Shown here: piece after piece, positions 35,149-45,114 of the stretch | Layout: the number at the start of each line of letters is the position of its first letter | Position numbering within the stretch: position 1 is the first letter of the stretch | NCBI GenBank assembly: GCA_964531905.1 | Contig: CAZHHF010000001.1 | Coordinates: 1 to 48,867, forward strand | From: an uncultured Bacteroides sp. | Lineage (GTDB): Bacteria > Bacteroidota > Bacteroidia > Bacteroidales > Muribaculaceae | Length of the DNA: 48,867 bases | Direction: 5' to 3' | Program-made: the position numbers and the translations under genes | The notes under the pieces: model-generated | What the model was told of the DNA's origin: nothing | Databases searched by the model: none | What the model saw: only the letters and a program-made list of their open reading frames with translations

Positions 35149-36984
35149 TCAATAGTGACGTTTAAGCTTTATGTTCATTGTCTTGGGGATCCAAACACGA
35201 TAGCGTACGTCGGTTGCCCATGAATTACCTGCCGATGCGAAGTCGCATACCTTAACGAAGCGTTCGGCGTCGGTTCCTTCGAGATTTGCACCGACAGTTA
35301 CGGGGATTTCGATTGTCATCCATGCAAACGCGGGTGATTCAACCACGCGTGCGTTCTCAATGATTTCGCCGTTGGCATCCACTACCGATGATTCATCGAC
35401 AAATCCGTCGTTGAAGCGGCTGTCGCGTGCGAATACTACCGGACCTCTCACAATGGCCTGCATCATGTTCTGCTCCACGAGTTTTACAGGCATATCGAAT
35501 TTGATTTCGATTTTGTCACCTTTCTTCCATTTGCGGTTGATGGGCAGATAGCATCCGGGAGCGACGCCGGCGATTTTTTCTCCGTTGACGCTTACCGAAG
35601 TGGTCTCACTCCATACAGGAATACGCAGGTTGATGGCAAATTCTTTCTCTTTGGCCGGATCGACAGTGATTTCTACATTGTCGGTTGCCGGATAAGCGGT
35701 GTTTTGAGTCAGTTTAACATCGGTGCCGGCGATAGTGAAATTACCGGTCATATCGCCGTAGTAGTTGATATTCAATCCTTTGCTGTTGTTTTTTACTGCA
35801 AAATCGGGGATCATTGCGAATCCTCGAGGGCCATTGGCGTTGCAGCAGTTGATATGGAGACCACACTGCTCCTCGCCTTCAAAGCGGTGTCCTTCAATAG
35901 GACTGTATTTGGCGATCTGTGATGCGTCGTCCTTCAATGATGCCATAAGGGCATTGTAGAGAGTCTTTTCGATCTGGTCGGCATAGAACGGTTTGCCGGT
36001 GAGTTCGAGAAGTTTGTCGCAGAGCTGCATCCATGTGAAAGTAACACATGTTTCCATTGTGTGATAGGTGGGATGAGTCTGGAAATCTTTACCGTGATAC
36101 CAACATTCGAAAGAACTGCCCGATCCGGCTATGTTGATCTCTTTGTCAACGATGTTTTCAACTGCTTTTTCAACAACGTCGAGATATGTAGGATTGCCGG
36201 TGAGTTTATAGAGTTCGAGCAAACCGACGTAGCACGACATCATTTCGTAGGCTTTCTGACCATTCTCAGGTGAGAACCAGTCATCAGGATGAGGGAAACG
36301 CGATGCAACGTCAACTCCGTTGAGAGTTTTCGAGATCAGTTTAGGACCGTCGGGGGTTTCCCATTCTCCAACGATATAGTTGGCGAAATCGAGATATTTC
36401 TTATTGCCGGTGGCATTGTAGAGATATACAACCGGTTCGAGGACCGAGCTTGCAGCCATGCCGTGATAGTTACCTACTTTCGTGATATTGGCTTTGCCCT
36501 CTTCGGGACCCACTTCGGTCATCAGGTGATCGATCACTTTTGATGCTGCATCGAGCGCTTTCTTGTCACCCGAAAGATTATACCAGGCAAGCAGGCCGAG
36601 CGTAGTGTACTTACGTCCCCACACATCCCACTGATAGAGGTGATAATCGGGAGCATAGTTACCTATATATCCGTCGGGTTGCTGAGTGGCGATGATCTGA
36701 TCTACGCTTGCCTTGATTTTATCGTAGAGTTTGGGATCGCGGTTGTAGCGATAGGAATTAATGGCACCCTGTACCCATTTACCCCAGAATTCGGTCTGCC
36801 ATGATGCGGTGTCGTTCTTATGGGTGAATGGTTCTGTAATGTGGTCTACATCCTGACCTACGACACGCGTTTTGATGCAGTCGTCGATACGGTTGCCCAC
36901 ATATCCGTTGAGCTTTATGCTGTCGGCCGATGCCACACCGGCGATCGATGCAACAGCGATTATTGATAAAACTGTTTTCTTCAT
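35149..36984 (-). CDS. GH127-like (DUF1680) glycoside hydrolase
   Basis: The track ORF begins at a GTG (37026) that overlaps the upstream hairpin. The ATG at 36984 gives MKKTVLSIIAVASIAGVASA, a signal peptide. The Cys-rich block CGLHINCCNANGPRG resembles the Zn/catalytic-Cys cluster of GH127 beta-L-arabinofuranosidase-type enzymes. The size is about 610 aa. The stop lies 2 nt before the GH3-fusion ATG. Confidence 0.65.
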   Translation of the reverse strand: MKKTVLSIIAVASIAGVASADSIKLNGYVGNRIDDCIKTRVVGQDVDHITEPFTHKNDTASWQTEFWGKWVQGAINSYRYNRDPKLYDKIKASVDQIIATQQPDGYIGNYAPDYHLYQWDVWGRKYTTLGLLAWYNLSGDKKALDAASKVIDHLMTEVGPEEGKANITKVGNYHGMAASSVLEPVVYLYNATGNKKYLDFANYIVGEWETPDGPKLISKTLNGVDVASRFPHPDDWFSPENGQKAYEMMSCYVGLLELYKLTGNPTYLDVVEKAVENIVDKEINIAGSGSSFECWYHGKDFQTHPTYHTMETCVTFTWMQLCDKLLELTGKPFYADQIEKTLYNALMASLKDDASQIAKYSPIEGHRFEGEEQCGLHINCCNANGPRGFAMIPDFAVKNNSKGLNINYYGDMTGNFTIAGTDVKLTQNTAYPATDNVEITVDPAKEKEFAINLRIPVWSETTSVSVNGEKIAGVAPGCYLPINRKWKKGDKIEIKFDMPVKLVEQNMMQAIVRGPVVFARDSRFNDGFVDESSVVDANGEIIENARVVESPAFAWMTIEIPVTVGANLEGTDAERFVKVCDFASAGNSWATDVRYRVWIPKTMNIKLKRHY

Positions 36985-37004
36985 TGAAACGATGATTGGT
37001 TGGT

Positions 37005-37057
37005 TAAAATAACAAATCCCCGACACAAGCCGGCTTTTTCGACATCGTGTCGGGGAT
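37005..37057 (-). terminator. Hairpin plus T-rich tail after the surface-lipoprotein gene (terminator or attenuator within the PUL)
   Basis: 11-bp inverted repeat ATCCCCGACAC (37016-37026) / GTGTCGGGGAT (37047-37057) with a 20-nt loop. The minus-strand downstream sequence is TTGTTATTTTAA. It lies 38 nt after the stop at 37095. Confidence 0.55.
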
Positions 37058-37094
37058 TCGACCCTTATATTACCTTAGAAAAATTGCGATTGTA

Positions 37095-38282
37095 TCAATA
37101 TGCGGGATCCACTTCCCAATGCATGTTGCGGAAGGTGTGAACCTTACCGTTCTGTTTATTGGGGTCAAGACGCATGATTCGTTTCGAACTTGCGCTTGTA
37201 TTGATTGTTGAGGGATCCATGAAGTTGAATGTATTCTTGCATGCCGAAGTCAGGTTCCAGCGAACTGTTCTCCAATATCCGTTGGTGTTTCTGAGACCGT
37301 CGTAGCCGTTAGGATCGTGTACGGTATAGTCTTTGTACTGAACCATCTTGCTTGGCGGGTAGTCGAGATAGAGTCGGAGATTCTTGATGTTGGTCTCCGA
37401 TTTATAACGGAACACGAGGATTGTTCCTGTCGGATTCTGATCGAATTTAGAGTATGTATAGGCATCGGTACCGCTTGATGTTACAGTGAACTCATTTAAA
37501 GTCTCGTTGAATTCAGCAGTCATCATAGCTGCATTAAAGAAGTTGGTGAATACATAAGAGATCGAAGGATCGTAGATGTGTTCTACCGGAACTTCCACCT
37601 GGAATGTCTGTGTGAGAGTTTCCGAAACTTCTTGAGTTTCATTGTCGATCATGTAATATCTCATTTCGATATCCTCTTCGATAGGAAGATCGTTGATCAC
37701 TTCAACTTTCGGAAGTTTGGCATCGAATTTAGATTCAAGTTCGGTGGTCGGTTTTCCGGGGTTGTAGTAATCGTAGTGGAGAACAACGAGAGTCAGATCG
37801 GCATCAAGTTCATTTTCCCAAGTGATCTTTGCCGATTCAACTCCGGGGGTGAACTTAACGGTCTTAACGATGTAATCTTTTGCTTTTGACTTGTCTTCAG
37901 GAGCAGCTTTTACGGTTACGGGTGCCGAATTATTGCCGGCGTAGGAGTACGCTGTTACAGTGAACTCATATTCGTTTACATCGGTAAATCCGGGAATGAC
38001 GGCGCGGATACGGTTCGGATTCTGGGAATCGATACTGTATTTGCTCACTTTACGGTCAACTTTGTTTCCCTCGCTGTCGACATAGCTTACCAATGAATAG
38101 TAATACTGGTCATTTTCAGGAAGGTCCCAGTTAAGGATCACTGCACCTACATAGGGAGTTGCCTCAAGGTTCTGAACCGGGTCAACGTTAACGTTCTTCA
38201 CAACGTCGTTGTCGCGGTAGTCTTCGCCGCAGCTGCATGCGAGCAGTGCGACGAAGAGTGATATGAATAGGTTCTTTTTCAT
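37095..38282 (-). CDS. PUL-encoded surface lipoprotein with an FN3-like (DUF4959-like) N-domain; possible glycan-binding protein
   Basis: 395 aa. Lipoprotein signal LFVALLACSCGED. FN3-like stretch VQNLEATPYVGAVILNWDLPENDQYYYSLVSY. Its position immediately after SusD is typical of SGBP-type genes. No catalytic motif seen. Confidence 0.55.
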   Translation of the reverse strand: MKKNLFISLFVALLACSCGEDYRDNDVVKNVNVDPVQNLEATPYVGAVILNWDLPENDQYYYSLVSYVDSEGNKVDRKVSKYSIDSQNPNRIRAVIPGFTDVNEYEFTVTAYSYAGNNSAPVTVKAAPEDKSKAKDYIVKTVKFTPGVESAKITWENELDADLTLVVLHYDYYNPGKPTTELESKFDAKLPKVEVINDLPIEEDIEMRYYMIDNETQEVSETLTQTFQVEVPVEHIYDPSISYVFTNFFNAAMMTAEFNETLNEFTVTSSGTDAYTYSKFDQNPTGTILVFRYKSETNIKNLRLYLDYPPSKMVQYKDYTVHDPNGYDGLRNTNGYWRTVRWNLTSACKNTFNFMDPSTINTSASSKRIMRLDPNKQNGKVHTFRNMHWEVDPAY

Positions 38283-38298
38283 GTTATCTTAGTTTATA

Positions 38299-40089
38299 TT
38301 ATTCCCAACCCGGATTCTGCCAGTTTATACCAGAGAGCTGGAACATTTTGGAAACTTCGGTCTGATTGATAGGATAGAGGTTGAATTTGGATTCTGCGTA
38401 ACGGCGGTCGGCGAGTTTGATACGCTGGTACTCATAAGTTCCGTCGTTTTTGCGGGTGATCTTCATACCGGTAACGAATTTATCGGTTTCGCTGAGGATG
38501 TTCCAACGGCGAACGTCGTAGTAACGGTGATCCTCGAACGCGAGTTCAACGCGACGTTCCTTGCGGTAGCGGCGTTCGAAGTCGGCCTTGTTAATTCCAG
38601 AGGGGAGGCCTGGCATTCCAACGCGTTCACGAACTTTGTTTACTGCTGCGAGAGCAGTCATACCTTTGACTGCAACCTCGGGACCTGCGCTCTGATATGC
38701 AGCCTCGGCGAAATTGAGGTAAAGCTCGGCAAGGCGGAAGATTGGCATATAACCGTCGGAGTTAGTGTTACCCGAACGCCAGCTGTTGAACTTACGCATA
38801 TAGTAGCCTGTACGTGTGAAACGAACATCGGTAGCTTTGTCGGAGATTTCGCAGTTTCCTCCTACATAGGTATAAAGGATTGAATTCGCATTATTGAGGT
38901 TACGCTGACATCCGTTGTAATAGATCGAAGCATAGAAACGGGGATCGCGGCCTTTATACGGATCGGTTTCATCGTAGCTTGAATCGGCATTGATGTTAGG
39001 CTGAAGATGATCGGCGTCGATGTATCCGAGGATTGGTTCAGTGCCGTCGGCCATATCGTAGCAGTCGACAAGTTCCTGTGAGGGACAAGGACCGGCTTCT
39101 CTCATTGCCGAATTCATCGGGGTTCCTGCGTAATCATAGATTTTCAGACGTGTTCCCGATTTCAGGATCGACTCCTTGTCGAAAGTGCGGCCTGCATCGT
39201 TAACCTGCAGGAAGTAGTTGTCGTAGCAGTTGATGGCGTCGTTTTCGATAGGATTGCTTCTGAAAAGCTCGGCACCGTGGGCGATGCATGCGTCGAGAGA
39301 TTCTTTTGTGATCTCGGCTGCTTTAGCCCATGTGTACTTGCTTCCTTCAACATAGTAGAGAGGACTTGCTGCGTAGAGAGCGACTTCCGATTTGATCGCA
39401 TGTGCGACAAAACGGTTCACTTTGTTATTCTCATCGAGCCATTTGAAACCTACTGAAAGATCTTCAGTTTCCTTACATGCGAGTGCTTCATCACAGTCAT
39501 TGATTATGAAGTCGGCACATTCCTCGATGCTTGCGCGACGGGCTTTGCTGTAGTCATAGTCCATCTCGTAAGGTTCGCTTGCCAGAGGCACACCGCCGTA
39601 GCGCTTCACGAGCTGCCAGTAGTAGAATGCGCGTAAGGTCTTTACCTGCGCGATCCAGCCGTTTTTCTGGTCTTCGTTGAAGTTGTAGGTCGCTACTGAA
39701 GGATCCTGGATATTCTTCAGGAAGATATTACAGTCATAGATAGCGGCGAAATATTTATCCCACGGGTCAATTGTTTTGGATGTCAGAGGGAACGATGTGG
39801 ATGATGCGCGTCCGTTATACCAGTTTGAGATGGTGTGGGTCTGACCGTCATTGGCATCCTGTGCTTCGTCACAGAAACCTGCAAGCATCGGAGTGGTGGT
39901 ACCACCGTAGGTCAGAGTGGTTTTGGGAAGGGCATCGGTAAGTTTAGAAAACATTTTGGCTGTACGGTCGTAGCGCGAGAAGATCTCCTTCATGCTCAGA
40001 CGGCCGTCGTTGTCCATATCGAGGTCGGCACACGATACTGCCGATACAGCGATGAAACCGATAGCGAATATTTTAGTTATATTTTTCAT
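38299..40089 (-). CDS. SusD/RagB-family nutrient-binding lipoprotein (pair 2 of the tandem)
   Basis: 596 aa. Lipoprotein signal AVSAVSCADLD. Blocks FRLAELYLNFAEA, RKERRVELAFEDHRYYDVRRW, C-terminal NWQNPGWE. Confidence 0.85.
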   Translation of the reverse strand: MKNITKIFAIGFIAVSAVSCADLDMDNDGRLSMKEIFSRYDRTAKMFSKLTDALPKTTLTYGGTTTPMLAGFCDEAQDANDGQTHTISNWYNGRASSTSFPLTSKTIDPWDKYFAAIYDCNIFLKNIQDPSVATYNFNEDQKNGWIAQVKTLRAFYYWQLVKRYGGVPLASEPYEMDYDYSKARRASIEECADFIINDCDEALACKETEDLSVGFKWLDENNKVNRFVAHAIKSEVALYAASPLYYVEGSKYTWAKAAEITKESLDACIAHGAELFRSNPIENDAINCYDNYFLQVNDAGRTFDKESILKSGTRLKIYDYAGTPMNSAMREAGPCPSQELVDCYDMADGTEPILGYIDADHLQPNINADSSYDETDPYKGRDPRFYASIYYNGCQRNLNNANSILYTYVGGNCEISDKATDVRFTRTGYYMRKFNSWRSGNTNSDGYMPIFRLAELYLNFAEAAYQSAGPEVAVKGMTALAAVNKVRERVGMPGLPSGINKADFERRYRKERRVELAFEDHRYYDVRRWNILSETDKFVTGMKITRKNDGTYEYQRIKLADRRYAESKFNLYPINQTEVSKMFQLSGINWQNPGWE

Positions 40090-40100
40090 ATTTTCCTTGT

Positions 40101-43100
40101 TTAGAAAGTGACTTTTACTCCGAGGTTGATCACGCGGTAGGTCGGGAATGCTGAGTAATCACCGATTTCAGCGTCAATGTTCTTTGAACGGAGATGATCG
40201 ATGGTGAACAGGTTCTGACCGTTGAGTGCGAAGCGTACTTTCTCGGCGAAGAGTTTTTTGCTGATCGAGTAGGGGAGAGTATAAGCGATTTCAGCATTTT
40301 TGAGACGCAGATAAGAGCCGTCCTGGATAAAGTAGTCATTGTCGACGAGACTGGTTGACTTGGAGATGCTCAGAGCGGGGTAGTCGATTTTTTCGCCTGC
40401 AGTCCAGCGCTCCTGAGTCCATGCGTTCATGTGGATATCGTTGAACACACCCTGGTTTGCGGTTTCGTATGAACCGAGTCCCGAGAGATCAACCGAACGC
40501 TTGGTAGTTCCCTGAAGAAGGAAGCTTACCTCGAAGTTTTTCCAGGCGAAACCACCGTTGATTGTATAGTAACCGCGGGGGCAGTTGCTGTAGCCGATAG
40601 GAGACTTGTCTTTGGCGTCGATTTTACCGTCGTTGTTGAGATCTTTGTATTTGAAGTCACCGGGACGGGGAACACCGATAGCCGAGTAGTCGATACCGCA
40701 GTTGTCGATTTCATCCTGGAAGTTGAACATACCGTTACCGTTGCTGTAATCGATGAGATAACCCCATTTCTGACCGATGCTCTGTCCTTTTTTAGCATAA
40801 GGATAGTAGTATCCGTCGCGAATAGCTTCCATCATATCGATCATGGTGTTCTTGTTGTAGCTGTATGATCCGCCGACGAACACGGTCCAGTCGCGGTTGA
40901 TAACCTTGTTGTAGAGTGCCGAAAGCTCGAAACCGTGGTTTTTGATCTTACCAGAGTTGACCATCGGGAAGTAATCGAGGGGAACACCCTGGAACGACGG
41001 AACGAGTGTCGATGATGTAATCAGCACATTGTTGCAATGCTGGTTATAGTAGTCGAATGAAATGCTGAGGTCATTGTTGAAGAAGCCGAGATCAACACCA
41101 TAGTTAACCTTGCGGATCTTTTCGGGAGCGAGATTCGGGTTACCGCGCATACCCTGCTGACCTTCGAAGTCAACATAGTCGGCGTAAAGCATACGCTCGT
41201 CGCTGATCTGATCATTGTTGTTGATACCGTAAGAGAAACGGAATTTCAACAGGTTCATCCACGGTTTGATATCCTGCATGAAGCTTTCTTCAGAAGCAAT
41301 CCATGTTGCCGATACTGCAGGAGTTGAATACCAGCGGTGATCGGGGTGGAACTGCTCTGATCCGCTGTAACCGAAGTCACCGCGAACGTAGTAACGGTTC
41401 TTGAAGCCGTAAGTGGCGGTGAGACCCATGCTTTCACGCTTGTAGGGGAGGATATCAGCTCCGCTGGTGGTTTCGATCTGACGTTCCTGATAGAAGATAT
41501 AACCCATTGCGTTCACGTAGTGGTCGCCGAACGAGCGTTTATAGTTGGCAAACGCCGAGAGGTTTAGGTTATAGTACATCTGACGGCCCTTAGCGTAGCT
41601 CAGAGGAGTGTTCTCTGTTGTACCGAGACGGTCGTACGAGTTGGTTCGGTTATTGAGTACGTAAAGCTGGTAGTTCTGAGAGTTGGTCTGTTTGTTGTTT
41701 GAGCTGGTCTGATAACCTACTACAGCTGAAAGTGAGAGACCTTTAGTGAGTTGGCTGAGATCGGCTTTAAGGCCACCCTGAGCGAAGATGTCGGCTTTGA
41801 GAGCTTCAATGTAACCCGAGCGGTTGAGCAGACCGTAAACAGGGTTTGAGATACCTTCGATTGTAAGAACTTCACCTCCTGCGTGAGCCACAGTCTCGTC
41901 CTCGTTAAGGATCTGAGTGGTGAGGGGGCTTGAGAATGTCGGAGGAAGTTTGAACAGAGCGGTATAAATGTTGCCGTTGCTGTCGCCTGCGGTTTTGACG
42001 CGGTTGATTGATCCGCTGATTCCCATCATGGCGCTCAACCAGCTGTTGATCTTCACATCGATGTTTGAACGGAAGTTGAAACGGTCGATGCTCGGTTCCG
42101 GATTGTATTTCCAGTCATTGTTCTCAACAGTTTTGAACGGTGAGGTTTCGTGCATATAGTTCACATTGGTGAAGTATTGCAGACGGTCGGTACCTCCGCT
42201 GATTGTGAGTCCGGCACGTGTCATCCACATCGTTTTGTTGAAAAGGTTGCCATACCAGTCGTAACCTCCTGCGGTTCCGTTATCGAATGCGTCGATCTGC
42301 TCCTGAGAGAACTGAGAGAAGAGTCCGAGACCATCGTTGTAACCGGCCTGGTTGCGTAGACGTGCATAGTCGCCTGAGCTGATTTCGAAAGGAGTCTTCG
42401 TTACCTGCTGCAGAGCCTCGTCAACGTAAACCGAGATGTTGTTTCGTCCGATTTTACCATGTTTGGTGGTGATTACGACAGCACCGTTACCACCCTGCAT
42501 GCCGTAGAGAGCGAGTGCCGATGCGTCTTTAAGTACGGTTACGGTTTCAATCTCCTCGGGAGTGATGTACATGTAGTTGGCGTTGGGGCTGATCTGTCCG
42601 TCGATGATGATGAGCGGTTTATTGCCGTTGGCGGTAGTAAGTCCGCGCACGATCAGCGAGATGCCGTTTGCGCTTGATGAAGAAGCTACACGACCGGGTT
42701 CACCGTTGTTCTCGATTACGGTAAGTCCGGGCAGACGTCCGGCGAAAGTTTTACCGAGGTGTGATTCGGGCGATTTCTGAAGAACCGATCCTGAAACCAT
42801 TGAAACCGCTCCGGTGAGTTCGCGGCGGGTGACTTTATAATAACCGAGGTCGATGATCTCGTCGAGCGATCCGGTAGGTTCGCCCATCGAGATGTTGCCG
42901 TTTTTGGCGGCATCGTTAACATTTACCGATTTGGTGTTATAGCCAACGTAGTGATAATTAAGGTATTTGCTGCCGTCGCTGACGGTAATCTCATATTGTC
43001 CGTTGATGTTGGTAATCGCTTCGGCACCGTTATTCGACGACTTGATCATCGCGCCGGCAACAGGAATTCCATCCTGATCGAGGACGATACCTTGAATTTT

Positions 43101-43190
43101 CAGCGGGCTGGCCGATGTCTGGGCGCTGACGGTGGCGGTTGCCATAGTCAGAGCCGCGCATGCAGCCATTATTTTGATTCTTTGTTTCAT
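40101..43190 (-). CDS. SusC/RagA-family TonB-dependent transporter (pair 2 of the tandem)
   Basis: 1029 aa. Signal peptide, then IQGIVLDQDGIPVAGAMIKSS (CarboxypepD_reg). Plug region TRRELTGAVSMVSG. Calcium-loop-like DLNNDGKIDAKD. C-terminal INLGVKVTF. Confidence 0.9.
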   Translation of the reverse strand: MKQRIKIMAACAALTMATATVSAQTSASPLKIQGIVLDQDGIPVAGAMIKSSNNGAEAITNINGQYEITVSDGSKYLNYHYVGYNTKSVNVNDAAKNGNISMGEPTGSLDEIIDLGYYKVTRRELTGAVSMVSGSVLQKSPESHLGKTFAGRLPGLTVIENNGEPGRVASSSSANGISLIVRGLTTANGNKPLIIIDGQISPNANYMYITPEEIETVTVLKDASALALYGMQGGNGAVVITTKHGKIGRNNISVYVDEALQQVTKTPFEISSGDYARLRNQAGYNDGLGLFSQFSQEQIDAFDNGTAGGYDWYGNLFNKTMWMTRAGLTISGGTDRLQYFTNVNYMHETSPFKTVENNDWKYNPEPSIDRFNFRSNIDVKINSWLSAMMGISGSINRVKTAGDSNGNIYTALFKLPPTFSSPLTTQILNEDETVAHAGGEVLTIEGISNPVYGLLNRSGYIEALKADIFAQGGLKADLSQLTKGLSLSAVVGYQTSSNNKQTNSQNYQLYVLNNRTNSYDRLGTTENTPLSYAKGRQMYYNLNLSAFANYKRSFGDHYVNAMGYIFYQERQIETTSGADILPYKRESMGLTATYGFKNRYYVRGDFGYSGSEQFHPDHRWYSTPAVSATWIASEESFMQDIKPWMNLLKFRFSYGINNNDQISDERMLYADYVDFEGQQGMRGNPNLAPEKIRKVNYGVDLGFFNNDLSISFDYYNQHCNNVLITSSTLVPSFQGVPLDYFPMVNSGKIKNHGFELSALYNKVINRDWTVFVGGSYSYNKNTMIDMMEAIRDGYYYPYAKKGQSIGQKWGYLIDYSNGNGMFNFQDEIDNCGIDYSAIGVPRPGDFKYKDLNNDGKIDAKDKSPIGYSNCPRGYYTINGGFAWKNFEVSFLLQGTTKRSVDLSGLGSYETANQGVFNDIHMNAWTQERWTAGEKIDYPALSISKSTSLVDNDYFIQDGSYLRLKNAEIAYTLPYSISKKLFAEKVRFALNGQNLFTIDHLRSKNIDAEIGDYSAFPTYRVINLGVKVTF

Positions 43191-43225
43191 AAAAATCTTT
43201 GTTTAGACTTCGTTTAATGATTGGT

Positions 43226-45079
43226 TTACCATCCGGGATTTTGCCATTTTACACCGGTGCTGCTCTCAAGGCGAGAAGCTTCGTCGTTAGAGAGCGGGAG
43301 GAGAAGGTCACGGTTTTCAGCGCCTCCGCGTTCCTTGTTCCAGATGTTACGGCGTTCGTAGTTGAATGTACCGTCGGCATTTTTAGTGATGTACATTGCA
43401 GTGAGCCATGAACAGGTTGCTTTGAGGTCACCGTCGGGTTTCTGCCAGCGGCGAAGGTCGAAGTAGCGTTGTTCTTCCCATGCAAGTTCAACGCGGCGTT
43501 CATTGTGAATTCTTAAAATGGTCTCCTCTTTTCCGAGAGCGGGAAGTTCAGGCATGCCCACGCGGCTACGTACCGGTTTTACGGCTGCGCGTGCTTCAGC
43601 GAGATGGCCTGCTTCGGCAGCGGCTTCGGCGAGGTTAAGATAGATTTCGGCCAGACGGAAGAATTTCCATTTGATCATCGAACCTGCGTTCTTGGTGTTG
43701 TCACCGTCGATATTGGGAGCTACCATCTTGCAGAAGTAGTAACCTGTGCGGCTGCGTGCGCGGTCATTTGATGAGAAGTTGATTCGGTGTTTACCGCCTT
43801 CGTAGATCTCGGCAGTTTTCTTTGTCGCACTCCATGTGAACTGGTCACCGTTGCAGATCACTGTCTCGTGGAGACGCGGGTCACGGTTGGCGTACGGATT
43901 CTGCGGATCGTAGAGTGTGTTATCGGCGTTATAGTTTGGTTTCAGATGCTGTTCGTCGAGATACGGATTGGCGAGGTCGAGTACAGGCTTGCCATCGGTA
44001 GTTTCGAATGCGTCTACGAGTTCCTGAGTCGGACAGGTACCGCAGTAGGCGGTGTTAGGCTCGCCGCTGCCGATGTAACCGATGTGCCAGATCCAGTGAC
44101 CGTTGTTGGCACGGTGATAGAAGATAGTCTCTTTATCGCGGGTTGCTGCAACGTCGGGGTTTGTACAGTTGATCTGACGGAAAGCGTTACCGGCTCCGGT
44201 TCCGTACACGCTGGTGTTGGTGCAGTCGGTGAAAAGTTCAAAGCCGTTTTTAGTCAGTTCTTTGACAGCTTCGTCATTGATCTTATAGGCCCATTCCCAG
44301 TAGTCATTGCCTTCGTTGAAAAGAGGACTGGCGGCAGTGATACTCATGCGTGATTTGATCGCCCATGCCAGACCTTTGGTCATACGCATTACCTCGTTTG
44401 ATACGGTAGTACGCCAGGGAAGATCAGGACAATCGATAGCATAGTCACAGTCTTCGATGATGAAGTCAACCACATCTTTTACCGATTCGCGTTTCAGGCC
44501 TGAGAAGTCGGCTGTATAACCGTAGTTGGTCTTTACGATAGGGAGTTTACCGAACCAGCGAACGAGTTCCGAGTAGAAGAATGCGCGGAGTAGGTGTGCT
44601 TCGGCCTTGAAACGTGAGCGTTCTTCCTCGCTTTTCACAGTCGCTTTATCGATAACTTCGAGGAACTGGTTGCACTGATAGATCTGCGCCCAGTAGTTTG
44701 CCCAATATGAACCGATCGCGGTTCCGGCTGCAGTACCGCCGTTTGCTACGATACCGCCTGTGTCGCGAAGGGGATGTGATCCGGCGCTGTGACGACCGTT
44801 GTAAAGGGTGTTCACGGGAACGCCTGATGTTCCGTCGGCGCTTGACCATGCGTCATCGCTCATCGAAACGGGCAGTGGCTCGAAGTTCTGATAGGTATAG
44901 GCTTTCTGAGGAATCTTGTCGTAGCATTTTGCCATGAGACCGCTGACCAGGTTAGGGTCGCTCAGGATCTCCTCAAGTGTCAGCGAGCCGTCGGGAGCGG
45001 TGTCGAGAACATCGCTGCAAGAGGTGAGCGCGGCCGACATCGTGAGTGCTGCTGATAATATTATTGAACTATATTTCAT
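43226..45079 (-). CDS. SusD/RagB-family nutrient-binding lipoprotein (pair 1 of the tandem)
   Basis: 617 aa. Lipoprotein signal SAALTSCSDVLD. Blocks FRLAEIYLNLAEA, NERRVELAWEEQRYFDLRRW, C-terminal KWQNPGW. Confidence 0.85.
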   Translation of the reverse strand: MKYSSIILSAALTMSAALTSCSDVLDTAPDGSLTLEEILSDPNLVSGLMAKCYDKIPQKAYTYQNFEPLPVSMSDDAWSSADGTSGVPVNTLYNGRHSAGSHPLRDTGGIVANGGTAAGTAIGSYWANYWAQIYQCNQFLEVIDKATVKSEEERSRFKAEAHLLRAFFYSELVRWFGKLPIVKTNYGYTADFSGLKRESVKDVVDFIIEDCDYAIDCPDLPWRTTVSNEVMRMTKGLAWAIKSRMSITAASPLFNEGNDYWEWAYKINDEAVKELTKNGFELFTDCTNTSVYGTGAGNAFRQINCTNPDVAATRDKETIFYHRANNGHWIWHIGYIGSGEPNTAYCGTCPTQELVDAFETTDGKPVLDLANPYLDEQHLKPNYNADNTLYDPQNPYANRDPRLHETVICNGDQFTWSATKKTAEIYEGGKHRINFSSNDRARSRTGYYFCKMVAPNIDGDNTKNAGSMIKWKFFRLAEIYLNLAEAAAEAGHLAEARAAVKPVRSRVGMPELPALGKEETILRIHNERRVELAWEEQRYFDLRRWQKPDGDLKATCSWLTAMYITKNADGTFNYERRNIWNKERGGAENRDLLLPLSNDEASRLESSTGVKWQNPGW

Positions 45080-45114
45080 AGTTAAAAATGTCTTTTAGAT
45101 TGGTTCTGTTGATA

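Noticed and set aside
35147-35152. TTG start giving a 4-nt overlap of the GH3 fusion with the GH127-like stop
   Set aside because: An ATG two codons downstream (35146) gives a normal MIRK signal peptide. The TTG start is an artefact of permissive ORF calling.
36985-37026. GTG-initiated N-terminal extension (MSGICYFNQPIIVS) of the GH127-like ORF
   Set aside because: The extension overlaps the left arm of the hairpin at 37016-37057 and precedes a canonical MKK signal peptide that starts at ATG 36984.
43787-44353. 188-aa plus-strand ORF inside the SusD gene
   Set aside because: It is antisense to a well-supported SusD (lipobox and conserved C-terminal blocks). The product is Val/Gly-rich and featureless.
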